64,000 nt of DNA from Paraphysomonas bandaiensis (taxonomy: Eukaryota; Protista; Chrysophyceae): assembly GCA_965644295.1 (NCBI GenBank), contig CBFFRP010000369.1:1-64000 (forward strand), read 5' to 3'. This document shows, one piece after another, positions 1 to 11,969 of this stretch; within the stretch, counting starts at the first letter, position 1; every line of letters begins with the position of its first letter. Both the position numbers and the translations under genes were made by a program. The notes under the pieces are model-generated. The model did no database searches and was not told the origin of the DNA. It saw only the letters and a list, made by a program, of their open reading frames with translations.

Positions 1-3
1 ACA

Positions 4-3000
4 TTGATTCCTTCTGTAGATTATCGTTTTGTAAATGTGTCAACTGCTGTTTTTTCGAAAGGTTCTGTCGGTTTAGTGTATGGCGAATTTTTAGGTACAT
101 TTGGACTTTTTATTTCTAACGGATCCGCTATTTTATTTTTTAATGACAGCAGTTTTCATGATGTCACCTCAGGAGATACGAATTTAGTACTTGCTGTCGC
201 AGGAGGCTCTAGAAAAAGCAGCCAGGATGGATCCTTCGACAATAGTGAAGCACAATTTTCTAATATTGGGCGAATGACATTCAATTTTTCATTAAATATA
301 TTACTGGTGTGTGAGGATGATACCAATACGATTAGAATACTTGATTTGGAAGGACGATATGTGCATACTATCTCTGATGTGGGTGGTAATCGATTGTTGT
401 TTAGCAGTCGTCAAGGATACAGCACGGGAGGTCGATTTCCTGGTATGGATATTGACAAGGCAGGTTCGTATTTATATGTGACGGATCGCACGAACTTGTA
501 CAACCTTACTCGAGACACGACATCTTCATCGATATCAGCGTATGTTCGTGAGGAATATGTAGCATTGACACAATTCAAGGCAGCTAATTCGTGGCCTGAG
601 AATGTGTACATATTTGGTGTTGCTTCTGTCGAGAGTCACGGCATGGTGTATGTGACAGTGTCCTTGGGTTTGAATCTGTTGTTGAAGATACCAATGCGTG
701 TGGCGCACTATTCGGAGATATCAGTGTTAGCGGGCAATCCAAGTGAAGTGTATGGGGGTATTTCTGATGATACTCACACCCCTTACCTTCAGGACGGGTT
801 TGGCACAGATGCGTTACTGGCTTTTCCATCGAGTATAGCATATGACCCTGTGGAGGATGCTCTGTACTTCACAGAGAGTTTTACGGAGTTTAGCGATATT
901 ATCGATGATTTATATGTTGGCTCTATGACGGTTCGGAAGTACTCTGTGTACTCTGGCTATGTGAGTACGTATGCTGGTTATGACTTTTCTCAAAATCGCG
1001 ATGAGCAAGGTTCATATTTCACCGCTGGTGGTTATCAGGACGGTTGGGCTGGAGTAGCTCAGTTTTCGTATCCACTAACGATATGTTATGCGTTCTCTCA
1101 TTTGAACCGGCCAGTGTTGTTTTTAACGGATTTCTTCAACGATGCAATTCGTGTGGTATATTCTTCGACACCTGAAGTTTTTAGTTTTCATGCCAATTCG
1201 TTATCTTCGAGTTTGGAAAGTGAATCCTTGTTAGGGTCTTATCGTGACAGTGATGGTATCACTGATATATCTGGTAGTGTGGTGCTTTCCAAGAGTGCCA
1301 CGAACTATTTTCGTAGGGGTAGCACCATTTCAACGCAATCTATCGGTAATGTAACCGATATGTTCTATGATTTGCTGAGAACGTGCGTTGCATCAAACCC
1401 TTATGCACCTACAGTGGTGCCAACTTACATGTCAGTTGTTCCCAGCCTATTTCCTTCTCAGCAGCCAACTGTTGCACCAACTGCTACAAATGAAACCTTT
1501 AATATATCCGATGCAGAACTTCGTACTAAAGGTTTTCTGGCGAGTGAGGGTTGTGAGTTTTCATATATTGATAGCATATGGTACGGGCGTCAACGGAGTG
1601 GTAGCCGAGATTCTTGGAACGATTTCACGTTTGACGTTGGCTCCAGTTTCAATTTTTACGATCCCACAGGCTTATCTATATTTGTGACGGGGGCGGAATG
1701 TACTGCTTGTCGGGATACGCATTCCTACTCTGAAATGTACAGTTGCCCTGATCGTGATTTGTTAAGCTCTTTTTATAATTCTATAAGTGAAAAATCTGAC
1801 AATATTATGTCATGTAATGGCCACACATGGGTGTCTGAGGTGTGTAGCGATGGCAGTTTTGAGGTCTGTGTGGACTGTGAATCGCCCTGTTTTTGCGGTG
1901 TAAGGGCGTCAACACCAGCTGACTTGGCATGTTATGGTGTTGGAGGGAGAGCATTAGGATTCTGTTTGTCACTTGATTCCCGCATTGTAGCACCGGAATT
2001 CTCTCATATATCTACTGTATCGAACCAGAATATGCAGAGTATTTTTGCCAATATTCATAACATTTCAGGAGTAGGGTACTTTTACTGCGCTGCATACAGT
2101 GAATTACCTGAGGCTATCAGCGTGGAGCGTATCCGCACAGATGGAGTAGGTGACTTCGCAAGCGGCCCAGGTAGCTATAGCATTGAGTTGTCAGGGCTCT
2201 CCCTCGGCATTGAGTATACTATTCTCTGCTACACTGAGTCTGTCGTACAGGAAGAATCTGGATCTGATCATACAGCTCTCAGCACTGTACTTGACATGGC
2301 TGTGACAGATAGAATCCTCGGAAAGAAGACTGTAACATTATCTTTTCCCCGTCGTCGTATTCCCGTCTCTCAGTCCACTTCTCAGTTTTCGATTCAGCTG
2401 AATGGTTTGCCTACTAAATTTGTGGAATTAGATATTATCGTTTATTTTAAACCATTACCACAAGCTGGAAAGTGCGATATTTTATCGTCGCTTCTTGAAG
2501 TATCTGAAACCGCCACAACTATCGTTCCCTCTCAGTTTTTGTTTAACGGCGATGCATTTGTTGACAAGGCGTCCACTTTCAGAATATATCCAACTGAAGT
2601 GGGTTGTTTATACTTGACTCTAAATATATCTGGTGATAGTTCTTCGGAGTTTTATGTTAACATTTCTTCCCCTTTCAGCGACGAAGGGTTTTTAATACTT
2701 GAGGTTTATGGCGTTACTCATCCAGAACCACCTACGCTTCTTCTGGCTGAGTTTTCGAGTTCAGGTTCATCTATATTGATTGCCTTCGATTCTGATACAG
2801 ACAAGGGAAAAAATAATGGTTTGCTGGACCAGGTGTTTTCTTGTGATAAAGTATTTTCTTTTGCTGGAGCGGATGAATCTACGTGTACGTTTACATCTGA
2901 AAGAGAAGTAATAGCGACACTTCCTGCCATGTCTTCCACTGTACCGTTTATTGGAAGTGAAATTGGGCTGCTTGACGATGTAATCACTGCAGCTTGTCTA

Positions 3001-6000
3001 GATTCTTTGTCGACATGTCCGTCATATGAACCCGCGCCTGCAGTGGCGACCACACTTGAGGCACCGAAAGATCCCATCCTACCTGTTGTGTCTATAAATG
3101 CACCAGTTCGTATCTCTGCGTGCGAGTCATTGAGACTTTCCTATGAGCAGTCATATGGGAGTGGAGGTCGAAATTGGAGCAGTGTAGTGTGGGTGGTGAA
3201 TACAGTGTCAGGAGCAGTCGAGGAGGCAGCGACTTCATACTTGAATAGCGCCGTGTCAACGTGCTCTGGCAGTCAATCGAATTGTCGTATACTACCCAAT
3301 TCTTACCTCACGCCTGGGGAGTCGTATGTGTTCAGACTTGCCTTGACAAACTTTCTGGGAGAATCCGGGGTTGCGTCTATTACTGTCAGCAAGCACAAAA
3401 AGAGTTCTCTTCCGAGTGTAGAGATTGATGGCGCACGAAGTCGAACCATGCTTCGGCACGAGCGCCTGGCCCTACACGCCAGAGCTAGTCCGTCAGTGTG
3501 CAGTGGCCAAAGGCAAACTAAAAATAGCTTATCTTATCGCTGGAGAGTTTTTAAATCAGGAATTTTGGTCGACACCGTCGTGAATAAAGCTTTGAGCCCA
3601 CTGAATTTTATACTTCATCCATACGAACTAGACTTGGATTCATCGTATAGGTTTCGATTGATTGTAACTGACAACGTGAGGGGAACGAATTCATCCGCAT
3701 CAGTATCAGTGTTTGTTGATAGTGGATCGATTGTACCCCTCATATACGGTGGTAGATCCGTCGTCCAGTCAGTGGGAAGTGATATTGAACTGGACGCCTC
3801 TGGTTCGTATGACGACAATGTGAATGTTAACAGTGGCGAGGTTTCTATGTTGACGTATTCGTGGAGTTGCATTCAGTTAAGACCTACGCTGGATATCTGT
3901 AACATATCTGGAGTTTCGACCACAGCTGCTATTATAAAAATTCCTGCGTATACACTGAAAAGTTCTTCAGAATATGAATTCACAGTGGTTGTAAGCAATT
4001 CAAGGTTAGAAGTCAATACGACTGTGCAGTTGACAACAACTACTGGCGACAAGTTTGTTCCAACTTCAGAAGTTTCAGTTCTCGAAAATGATGGGCTCGA
4101 CAAGAATCGGGTTGTGAATTGGAATGACGATGTTATTCTGTTATCAACTATAACTTCGACATCAGGCGCGTATGCTCAATGGAGCATGTCTTCGTCTAGC
4201 ACTGAGCTGGCAACTGTTAACTTTACCGTTCTTAGTGGTGGGGTCTTTGCGTTCCCGTACAGAGTACCCGGGACATTTTTGTCCAATGGAGATAGCACGT
4301 ACGTATTTCAGCTGACTGTAAATCCCTTCGAATGTAGAGATTGTGTGGCGACAATTACAACAGTGTCCGTCAGAGTAAATGCAGGTCCTGTGTGTGGCCC
4401 TTTTGATGTTTTTCCTTCTAGCGGGATAGCAGGAAGTATGGGAACAAATTTTACGTTATCATCTTCGTCGTGTGAAGACTTTGATTTACCGATGTCGTAT
4501 TCTTTTTCATACCTACAAGATGGAACTGATGATATACTTATCACGTCCGTCTCACAATTATCGTATGTGATAACCTACTTACCTGCTGGAAATTCGGTTA
4601 AAGGCGACAGCCATGCTCTCACTCTAGGCTGTGCAGTGTTCGACAGTTTTGGAGCGAGTACTTCACGCTTAACAACTGCGATTGTCACCCCGTGGGGTTA
4701 TTTCAGTGCTGCAACTCTTGCTGAAAATATTACTGTTGAAATAAATTATGCTGTTGGCGTACAAGATTACAGCTTGCTGTTTCAGCGAACAGCTTCTGCC
4801 CAAATTGAAATTGAGCAATATATCAGTAATTTTGGGATGGATAATATTGATGATTTAGCCGAAGTCACGTCGACGATGATTGATACCCTTCTCACCCATT
4901 TTGATAAGTTTGAGTTCATCGAGAATGTAAAGTATATTGATTCTGCTGTTAGTCTGTGTCCTTTGCTTGCCAATGGCACTGTCATTCAGAGCGGTAACTT
5001 CTCGGATCAAATTGAATTGGCTACCATGTATTCATCGCTTGTCACCACAGTGTTTGTCGAGTCCGAATTTCACAACATTGACACTGCACTGGATTTACTT
5101 AGTTGTGTAAATTTTTTGAATGTAGCAAGTGCGAAAGTTGTACCGTCAACAGCAAGGCGACGACTCTTTGCTTCTGAAGCCTCTGATATGTCGAAGAAAT
5201 TGATCAGTGTAATATCTGAATATATAAAGGATAATCTACTTGTTGGAGAGGAGGCGAGTGGAATATATAGTGCGTTTAGTGTGTATGTTGCGATCGGCTG
5301 GCCTTTTGCCATACCGGATTCGATAATCGAGGCGCCATCATTAAGTAACGAAAATGCTCCGTATTCTAATTTTTCTAGTATTCTGAATCTTTTCGACTTA
5401 CAGGAGGCATGGGAGTATGTGTTGGAAATTTCGACTGCAGTCAATGGGATTGAGCCGGAATGTAAGGTTGATAACTCTACGTGTGATGTTATCAGTGATT
5501 CTGGGCGTATCATGTATTCAATGACGTTTAGAACCACAGAGAATGTTTCTGTGAGTGACGATATTATGGTTTGGACGACAATGTACAATTTCCGCAACAT
5601 ATCTAACGAAGTCACTTTATTTGACACACCGCATGAATCGCAGTTATTTTGCGAGAGTGAGCCGTCCTATACCACTCAAAGCTACTTTTGCAGCTCTGAT
5701 ATTACAAATGGTGTACCAGCTTTTATAGACGTCGAATGTCCGGCGAATGCAGCTGGAACTTGGACTGTGGTCTGTCCCCTATACAATACTCGACCCATCT
5801 GTGCTGATGGAACAGGAGCACAGGACTCAAGGTGTACTGTTGTCGATTTTGATGGTCTTTCAACAACATGTGCCTGTCCCGCTTCATTGGAAAATTCCCA
5901 GACGTCTCGTAAGCGCAAGAGAAGAAAGCTGCAGTCAGACGAGGTAGGATACACTTTTTCAGTCGATAATTCGGTTCTATTGGGTAGTGTACAGCAGTAT

Positions 6001-6987
6001 GAAAAGGATAGCGTGTATGTTCCAAGGAGTCCATCTCCTGCACCTACACCTGCTCCTAGTGTGCCTAATAATTCTGCGCGAAGTGTAGACGATGGTCTTC
6101 TAACTGATACGAATACATCAGCATATTTTATTGCAGCAGGATTGCTTGTTTGCTGTATATTGAGTGTTATGTGCGTTGTTGCTATGCGAAGAAGGCATCA
6201 CAGGAGATTAGAAGAGAAATATAATGGACAGAGTGCCTCCGACTTAGCCGCTACTACATTCGCTGATAATTTAGTACTTGCTCGAGACTGCAAACGTAGG
6301 CAGTGTTATCAAGATGCGGAAGAATATTATCTGATGGCCCTGGATATTGTTGAGACCGGTACTATTTCCGGAATTAGTGACATTGATAAGGCAGCAGCGT
6401 ACTATGAATTAGCTGACGTTATGACAAGATTAGGAAACCACCTTGGTGCCTTGTCGTACTACCAAAAGTCGCATGCAGTCTTTAAGCATGGGATACTCCC
6501 TGGAGATAAAGGAAAATCGACATTGAAACCAAATGAAATTACGCCGTTTTCTACCGCTGCAAAGCAGCGATCATTCCTCAAGAGTTTTAGGGGTGGGATA
6601 TACAATCCTGATTGTGATTTACGCAGTTTATCAAGTGACAAGTCTAAAGCTGATGAAAGCTATGAATCATGTTCAAGCGGTGACAAGACACCTATACAAG
6701 GTGAGTCTGCTTCCGATGGCGAATCAGAGTCTGATGACGATCCTCCCTCTACGGATTCTTTAGCCTCTGAATGTAGCGATGCTGATTACAGCAGTGATGA
6801 TCAGGACGGCATCATCGATACTGATGACATCGACATTGAACACTATGATAGCGATGAAGAAAATGCATTAAGAGTTGGACCTGTCAACTTTCATTGGAGT
6901 TTAGTAGCGCCTAGGAGGCTTTCTAGTTCTATTGTGGAAGGAAATCTGGATGACGAAATCAGTCGTTCGTTTTCTAAAATGCTGTGA
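4..6987 (+). CDS. Giant single-pass surface receptor: NHL-like propeller, Cys-rich region, PKD/REJ-like region, TM helix, cytoplasmic TPR-like helices, acidic tail; probably 5'-truncated by the window edge
   Basis: 2327-aa uninterrupted ORF. NHL-type motifs (QDGFGTDALLAFPSSIAYD, YQDGWAGVAQFSYP). REJ/PKD-like motifs (SYGSGGRNW, IELDASGSYDDN, LTYSWSC, DLPMSYSFSY). TM segment YFIAAGLLVCCILSVMCVVAM followed by RRRHHRR. TPR-like AAAYYELADVMTRLGNHLGALSYYQKS. Confidence 0.8.
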   Translation: MIPSVDYRFVNVSTAVFSKGSVGLVYGEFLGTFGLFISNGSAILFFNDSSFHDVTSGDTNLVLAVAGGSRKSSQDGSFDNSEAQFSNIGRMTFNFSLNILLVCEDDTNTIRILDLEGRYVHTISDVGGNRLLFSSRQGYSTGGRFPGMDIDKAGSYLYVTDRTNLYNLTRDTTSSSISAYVREEYVALTQFKAANSWPENVYIFGVASVESHGMVYVTVSLGLNLLLKIPMRVAHYSEISVLAGNPSEVYGGISDDTHTPYLQDGFGTDALLAFPSSIAYDPVEDALYFTESFTEFSDIIDDLYVGSMTVRKYSVYSGYVSTYAGYDFSQNRDEQGSYFTAGGYQDGWAGVAQFSYPLTICYAFSHLNRPVLFLTDFFNDAIRVVYSSTPEVFSFHANSLSSSLESESLLGSYRDSDGITDISGSVVLSKSATNYFRRGSTISTQSIGNVTDMFYDLLRTCVASNPYAPTVVPTYMSVVPSLFPSQQPTVAPTATNETFNISDAELRTKGFLASEGCEFSYIDSIWYGRQRSGSRDSWNDFTFDVGSSFNFYDPTGLSIFVTGAECTACRDTHSYSEMYSCPDRDLLSSFYNSISEKSDNIMSCNGHTWVSEVCSDGSFEVCVDCESPCFCGVRASTPADLACYGVGGRALGFCLSLDSRIVAPEFSHISTVSNQNMQSIFANIHNISGVGYFYCAAYSELPEAISVERIRTDGVGDFASGPGSYSIELSGLSLGIEYTILCYTESVVQEESGSDHTALSTVLDMAVTDRILGKKTVTLSFPRRRIPVSQSTSQFSIQLNGLPTKFVELDIIVYFKPLPQAGKCDILSSLLEVSETATTIVPSQFLFNGDAFVDKASTFRIYPTEVGCLYLTLNISGDSSSEFYVNISSPFSDEGFLILEVYGVTHPEPPTLLLAEFSSSGSSILIAFDSDTDKGKNNGLLDQVFSCDKVFSFAGADESTCTFTSEREVIATLPAMSSTVPFIGSEIGLLDDVITAACLDSLSTCPSYEPAPAVATTLEAPKDPILPVVSINAPVRISACESLRLSYEQSYGSGGRNWSSVVWVVNTVSGAVEEAATSYLNSAVSTCSGSQSNCRILPNSYLTPGESYVFRLALTNFLGESGVASITVSKHKKSSLPSVEIDGARSRTMLRHERLALHARASPSVCSGQRQTKNSLSYRWRVFKSGILVDTVVNKALSPLNFILHPYELDLDSSYRFRLIVTDNVRGTNSSASVSVFVDSGSIVPLIYGGRSVVQSVGSDIELDASGSYDDNVNVNSGEVSMLTYSWSCIQLRPTLDICNISGVSTTAAIIKIPAYTLKSSSEYEFTVVVSNSRLEVNTTVQLTTTTGDKFVPTSEVSVLENDGLDKNRVVNWNDDVILLSTITSTSGAYAQWSMSSSSTELATVNFTVLSGGVFAFPYRVPGTFLSNGDSTYVFQLTVNPFECRDCVATITTVSVRVNAGPVCGPFDVFPSSGIAGSMGTNFTLSSSSCEDFDLPMSYSFSYLQDGTDDILITSVSQLSYVITYLPAGNSVKGDSHALTLGCAVFDSFGASTSRLTTAIVTPWGYFSAATLAENITVEINYAVGVQDYSLLFQRTASAQIEIEQYISNFGMDNIDDLAEVTSTMIDTLLTHFDKFEFIENVKYIDSAVSLCPLLANGTVIQSGNFSDQIELATMYSSLVTTVFVESEFHNIDTALDLLSCVNFLNVASAKVVPSTARRRLFASEASDMSKKLISVISEYIKDNLLVGEEASGIYSAFSVYVAIGWPFAIPDSIIEAPSLSNENAPYSNFSSILNLFDLQEAWEYVLEISTAVNGIEPECKVDNSTCDVISDSGRIMYSMTFRTTENVSVSDDIMVWTTMYNFRNISNEVTLFDTPHESQLFCESEPSYTTQSYFCSSDITNGVPAFIDVECPANAAGTWTVVCPLYNTRPICADGTGAQDSRCTVVDFDGLSTTCACPASLENSQTSRKRKRRKLQSDEVGYTFSVDNSVLLGSVQQYEKDSVYVPRSPSPAPTPAPSVPNNSARSVDDGLLTDTNTSAYFIAAGLLVCCILSVMCVVAMRRRHHRRLEEKYNGQSASDLAATTFADNLVLARDCKRRQCYQDAEEYYLMALDIVETGTISGISDIDKAAAYYELADVMTRLGNHLGALSYYQKSHAVFKHGILPGDKGKSTLKPNEITPFSTAAKQRSFLKSFRGGIYNPDCDLRSLSSDKSKADESYESCSSGDKTPIQGESASDGESESDDDPPSTDSLASECSDADYSSDDQDGIIDTDDIDIEHYDSDEENALRVGPVNFHWSLVAPRRLSSSIVEGNLDDEISRSFSKML

Positions 6988-7809
6988 TAAAAAGTTTTGC
7001 AGATATTCTGTATTGTTCATATATATGCCAACCGAAATGTTTTTTGTCTAGTGCGACGGAGTTAGAATATAGTGTGAGTATAATAGCGAGAGTAGTGATA
7101 TTTTAATTGGTAAGATAAAATATTTATCCACGTATCAGTCAATTAAATTCTTACCTTCTGTGGTGTATTGATGGGCGATTTGCCTGAGACGACGTCGAAC
7201 GTTAGCGTCGATTGCATTCCTCAATTGGAACTAGTAAGCTCTCCAAAATAGTTGAACGTAGCCGTCTTTAGCACAGTTGGTTTGAAGGTGAGTGTAAGTC
7301 CTTCTGCGGCTGCCAGGTCAGTCATCACGGGTTTTGGAAACTATTGGAAACTTTACAAGAGGTTTAGAACGGTACATAGAGTATGAACGTTGAGCTTAGC
7401 ACGTTTACTTCGTAGTAATTTCGCTTGTTCAGCGTCATTGCTATACAATTCGCGACACTATTTTATCTAACAAGACTATCAAGCCGAAATTCTAGTCATA
7501 TATTATAAACTTCCTTCAACAAAGTCGGACTCGCACCTTTTCGTGTTGTTCCGGGGGATAAGTACCGGAGATATTTCTTCGAGAAACTAACGTGATATGC
7601 ATACATAGTCAGCAGATATTATTCTTCCCACTCATACCCAGATACTTGTGAGGTACAATTGACACTAATTAGTGTCAGTTGTGTAGACGTCTTTGGGCCC
7701 TGACGAATAAACAGGCACCTAGGAATGGGCGCACCAAGAGCATCCGGGGTATTGGGCTGCCTACTGAAGACAAGCAAACGGACTGGTTCACCTTAAGGGC
7801 AGAGGGTGA

Positions 7810-7962
7810 AAGTGGTTGCACCTTGGTGCTTGCGGTGACGCATAAGCAGCTTTTGTAGCGCTATATAGAGTAGGATATCAGAGTTAAGCACTAGTTAGTT
7901 AAATTGTTTTGCTACATTAGTTCTGACTCTAACACGCCTATTACTAATAATCAGAGATTCAC
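7810..7962 (+). mobile_element. Short copy of LINE-related 3' element (copy A)
   Basis: AAGTGGTTGCACCTTGGTGCTTGCGG...CGCCTATTACTAATAATCAGAGATTCAC matches 26115-26298, 32813-32964 and the reverse strand at 45809-45961. Confidence 0.85.
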
Positions 7963-9464
7963 AACTAATGAACACTTGGTAACCTCGCATACTTTACGAG
8001 AACTATGGTCTTCTTATTCATGTGATTTCTATGATGTCTCAGTCTAATAAAAACAATGTATTCTATATTTTATATTGAGGAATAGTTATTTTATAATTTG
8101 TTTGTAGCACAGCATAATTTTTCTGCACAGCTTAAAGTACTTCACTTTTCATTCCATTTGTAAAGATATATTATAGGTATATGCCCCCAATGGAATAACG
8201 GGAAAGGCCTAACCATGCACAAAAATGAAGCCTCACAGATTCTCGTTTTACTGTGAAGTTCCGGTCAGTAGCATGACAAGTTCTGATTTGAAGGAAATTA
8301 TTGCTTTCCATGAAATCGCTTGCTGTGGTATGCATATACTAAGTCACCTCAGATTGTCGTATTTACCACATCCGTTGGTCATGATATCACGCTCTCTAAC
8401 AAAGTCATTTCAGTATCAAAAATACCTCTGTAATAGTTCATATACGTTAATATATGCATTACAAGATCAAATATGAAGAATGAAGGTTAATATTTTGGAC
8501 GCATTTAGAGTAGGTATAATTTATGGATGCTTCCGGTAACTAAATGTTACAGAGATACTTAGAGCATGTAGTAGTACTATTGGTAGTTTCTGGTTGCTCG
8601 AACAACTAGGATTTTCAAACATCCACATGATTACAGCTGTGTTGCTAGATATGTATGCCTTGTAGATTTCGTTACAAATTCTTCACTGTGTAATATTCGC
8701 CGTTTAATATAAAAATGAAATGGATTAACATTTACAATAATAAGTTACAATATCCTGAAGTACACTAATATTATTACTTAGTTAACATTCTTGTGTGAAA
8801 CCTGGTGAAATTACTCTCAAAGCTCTGGGGCCATGCGATCAATTATGATCCTACATTGACCTTCTTGCCTTGCGTATATTCTGTTCACCCTAATACGGAG
8901 ACTCTTCACTAAAAAAGCTTCTTCTGCTGAAATAGTCACAAGAAAATATAAGGGGGACCGCAACAACATCATGCATAGAGCACACGTATATCACCAGATA
9001 CACCATGGTAAGATAGACTAGTTATTAAGAGATGCAAGATTGTGCTACACTAACATAGCATGACTCTCATCTGCTGCCTTTGTATGTACCGTCAAGTGCT
9101 AAATTGCACTGCACGATGAACGGTCAAAGCCTCACTCTATCCAGCAATAGCGTGCATGACTCCTTGCCTACGATCGCGTCTTCTACTTCGTCCTTGCTCT
9201 TCATATGAATCACAAGGAACGCCAGTCCTCTCTCTTGTTAAGTCGGGGTCGACCTATTCGTCCATATATATCCATATGGATATGGGGACATGCACACGGC
9301 ACAGCACAGTTACAGCAGACGTTGGAGTGAATCGAAACCACCTATTTTTTTAAATATATAAAAATCAGGATTTAATTATTTAATCTGCCTTTTTATATGT
9401 AAAATATTACTGTATATTTATAAAAAACTAATGTTTTTGATAAGAAAACCATAAAACCTGACCA

Positions 9465-10652
9465 TTGACTGCTGCTGATACACACAGCAGTGTGTGTACG
9501 GCAGGAGTGCTCTGTGTATCATGTCTAGATGTACAGCAGTCAAGTACATGGACTGATGTGTGTATGTTCTCTGGGAGGGGACATCCATATCCAATATGCA
9601 CAACACAGCGTCTGATGTCTGGTAAATATCATGCTTCGATGGAAACGAAACTAGATAGCTCAGACGTGTGGTGGAAGCGAAAAGAAGATGACGAGAGGTA
9701 CGCTATACACTACTTACAGTCTCTCGACGATCGACTGCTCTCAGCTTTATTGGGGAACCCTTCAGACGAACTAGTGACTAGAATAGCGGCATCTAGCGCT
9801 CTACCTCCGAAACTAATTCGACGGACTGCATGTGGGCTTCGCCGTCCCACTTCGTTCTTTCATTACATATATTATAAGCCTCGTAACGTCTTATGTCAGC
9901 CCAATCAACGTAATAGAGAGGCCGAGGCAAGTGTCTATAAGTTTCTGCCTAGTGGATATCCGTATGTTCCTTTTGGCGGAAGGTTAGATGCTGATACCGA
10001 GGGTCTGTTATTTTTTTCAGATGATGGTAAGCTCTTGAACGGCCTTGTTGATCCTTCACGAAAGTGTGCTCAGAGACCGTGCAATGTACTCAAAGAGTAC
10101 TACGTTAAAGTCGTCCCATTCGCCTGTATGCAACGTAATATGTGTACCGGTCAAAATGAAAGTAAAGATGAAATAGATTCTAGCCAGTGGGAAGTTATTA
10201 TTTCAGACGCAATATCTTCCATGAGTCTACCACTTGATGTCAAAGGAGATCTCACTAAACCAGCGATAGTTAAGCATCTAGAACCGAGCTCGGTGAAATG
10301 GATGGATGAGTCCTCGACAGACACTTTATTTATTAACTCTTTCTGGCTCTCTGTTGTCATTGATGAAGGGAAAAACAGGCAGGTACGGAGACTCTGCCGT
10401 CGCGCAGGTTTGTCTGTACAGCGGTTAATCAGAGTGCGTTTTGGCCCCCTATCTTTGTGGAGTGACAACAGTGGAAACCACTGTCGTGCGGGTGAGGCAC
10501 GAACTTTGAATGTAGATGAAATTGCGGCTATATATGACGCTGTGTCTCTTCCCAGTGCCACTTCGATACCTTGTCCACTTCCAGTAGCTGGTCAAGACTT
10601 GCTTCACCTTGTGCCGAACACCGATGACACCATCAATAGATACCAGAAATGA
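9465..10652 (+). CDS. RsuA/RluE-family pseudouridine synthase (true start probably a downstream ATG)
   Basis: Motifs YYKPRNVLC, GRLDADTEGLLFFSDDG (catalytic Asp), EGKNRQVRRLC and LIRVRFGPL. Confidence 0.9.
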   Translation: MTAADTHSSVCTAGVLCVSCLDVQQSSTWTDVCMFSGRGHPYPICTTQRLMSGKYHASMETKLDSSDVWWKRKEDDERYAIHYLQSLDDRLLSALLGNPSDELVTRIAASSALPPKLIRRTACGLRRPTSFFHYIYYKPRNVLCQPNQRNREAEASVYKFLPSGYPYVPFGGRLDADTEGLLFFSDDGKLLNGLVDPSRKCAQRPCNVLKEYYVKVVPFACMQRNMCTGQNESKDEIDSSQWEVIISDAISSMSLPLDVKGDLTKPAIVKHLEPSSVKWMDESSTDTLFINSFWLSVVIDEGKNRQVRRLCRRAGLSVQRLIRVRFGPLSLWSDNSGNHCRAGEARTLNVDEIAAIYDAVSLPSATSIPCPLPVAGQDLLHLVPNTDDTINRYQK

Positions 10653-11969
10653 TATATATGTATATTAACTAGGAAAATTGTAGCTGTTCAGTATCAAAAC
10701 ACAATCAGACAAACGTATAGCACCACAACTTCTGAGAACTTGTACCTGATAGGTACTAATCATTCTTTAAATCCTAATATCATATATCTCGTAGAAACGT
10801 ACAGATATTTGGAGAGTAAAAGAATGAGTATTTCTGTCATATTGCAGAGGACTATTCTGATTTATTTATTCATGTATACCTTTTAACTTTAAAAAAATAT
10901 AATATATGCTCAGCAACAAACTATGAATTATTATCAAACAATATAAGTTACACGACTGTACAAGATATGCTATTATGAAATTGGCTCTAATACTTCTTGC
11001 TACTATTGTGTCATGATATCCCGCCATTGGGTCTTACCTTTTCCGCTTTTCTATTGTGTGATACCAGTATGTCGACCGGATAGTATGTCAAAATATAGGA
11101 CCTTGCACTAAGCATCATATTTTCCATAGATCTTATTTCAGAGCTCTACAATAACAGTATGGTACTTAAAATCAGATAAAGTTTATATAGGGCAGTAAAT
11201 TTCTGTTAGATATGGTACAAGCTGTTAGTGTATATGCAAATATCGAAAAAATATACACTATGAAACTACAATTTATTCTTACTGTTATCAATTTCACATT
11301 ATGACAACAACACTAAAAGTTAAATATCTTGCTACTTATGCATTATACCCAGTTCACAATAATTCTAAGTGCTTTACGTCATTCTCAAGATACCTACATA
11401 ACGGCCATATATATTTACTTTAAATACATACGCTTCTTTATACAAAGCAACACAAATTGCTATTCTATATCCAATCAGATAATATATTCCACTATCACCC
11501 TTCAGTGTGCGAAACCTCTCATCTATAGCGGACAGCAGTCAGTGTCCATAACTCAGTGCATAGCTCACTCTATGTTAGTTAAAGATAATGAAAAGAAACC
11601 ACTCATAGCGTGACACGACTCAGAAAGGCTGTCCTCAGGAAGATCTAAAAGTATCACGACATTAATTACATTATGATTGCACCATACTGCCAGCTGCTAT
11701 GTGATTATGTGATGCATCAACATGGACGTTTCGGGCACACTGCTGTCTGTACTGCTGTACTGCTGGATATGCTACGCACGTACGTGTCTTGGCCAGTACA
11801 TATATGTAGAGGCCATATACAGCATGTATACTGCTGTATACTGCACAGTATCCCATGCACTGTCTGCTGCTGTATTTAAACTTAAATGCACACACACTTA
11901 TATACATACATACATACATCTATCCGGACCATCCTTCTACTCCACCCCATCCCCTCTCCCTGGAGGAAC

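Noticed and set aside
411-6763. Short antisense and alternate-frame ORFs overlapping large genes (throughout the window)
   Set aside because: Shadow ORFs of real coding sequence with no independent motifs.
7695-7812. Hammerhead ribozyme (CTGACGA...GAAA) upstream of copy A
   Set aside because: Could not form stems I-III around the core motifs by eye.
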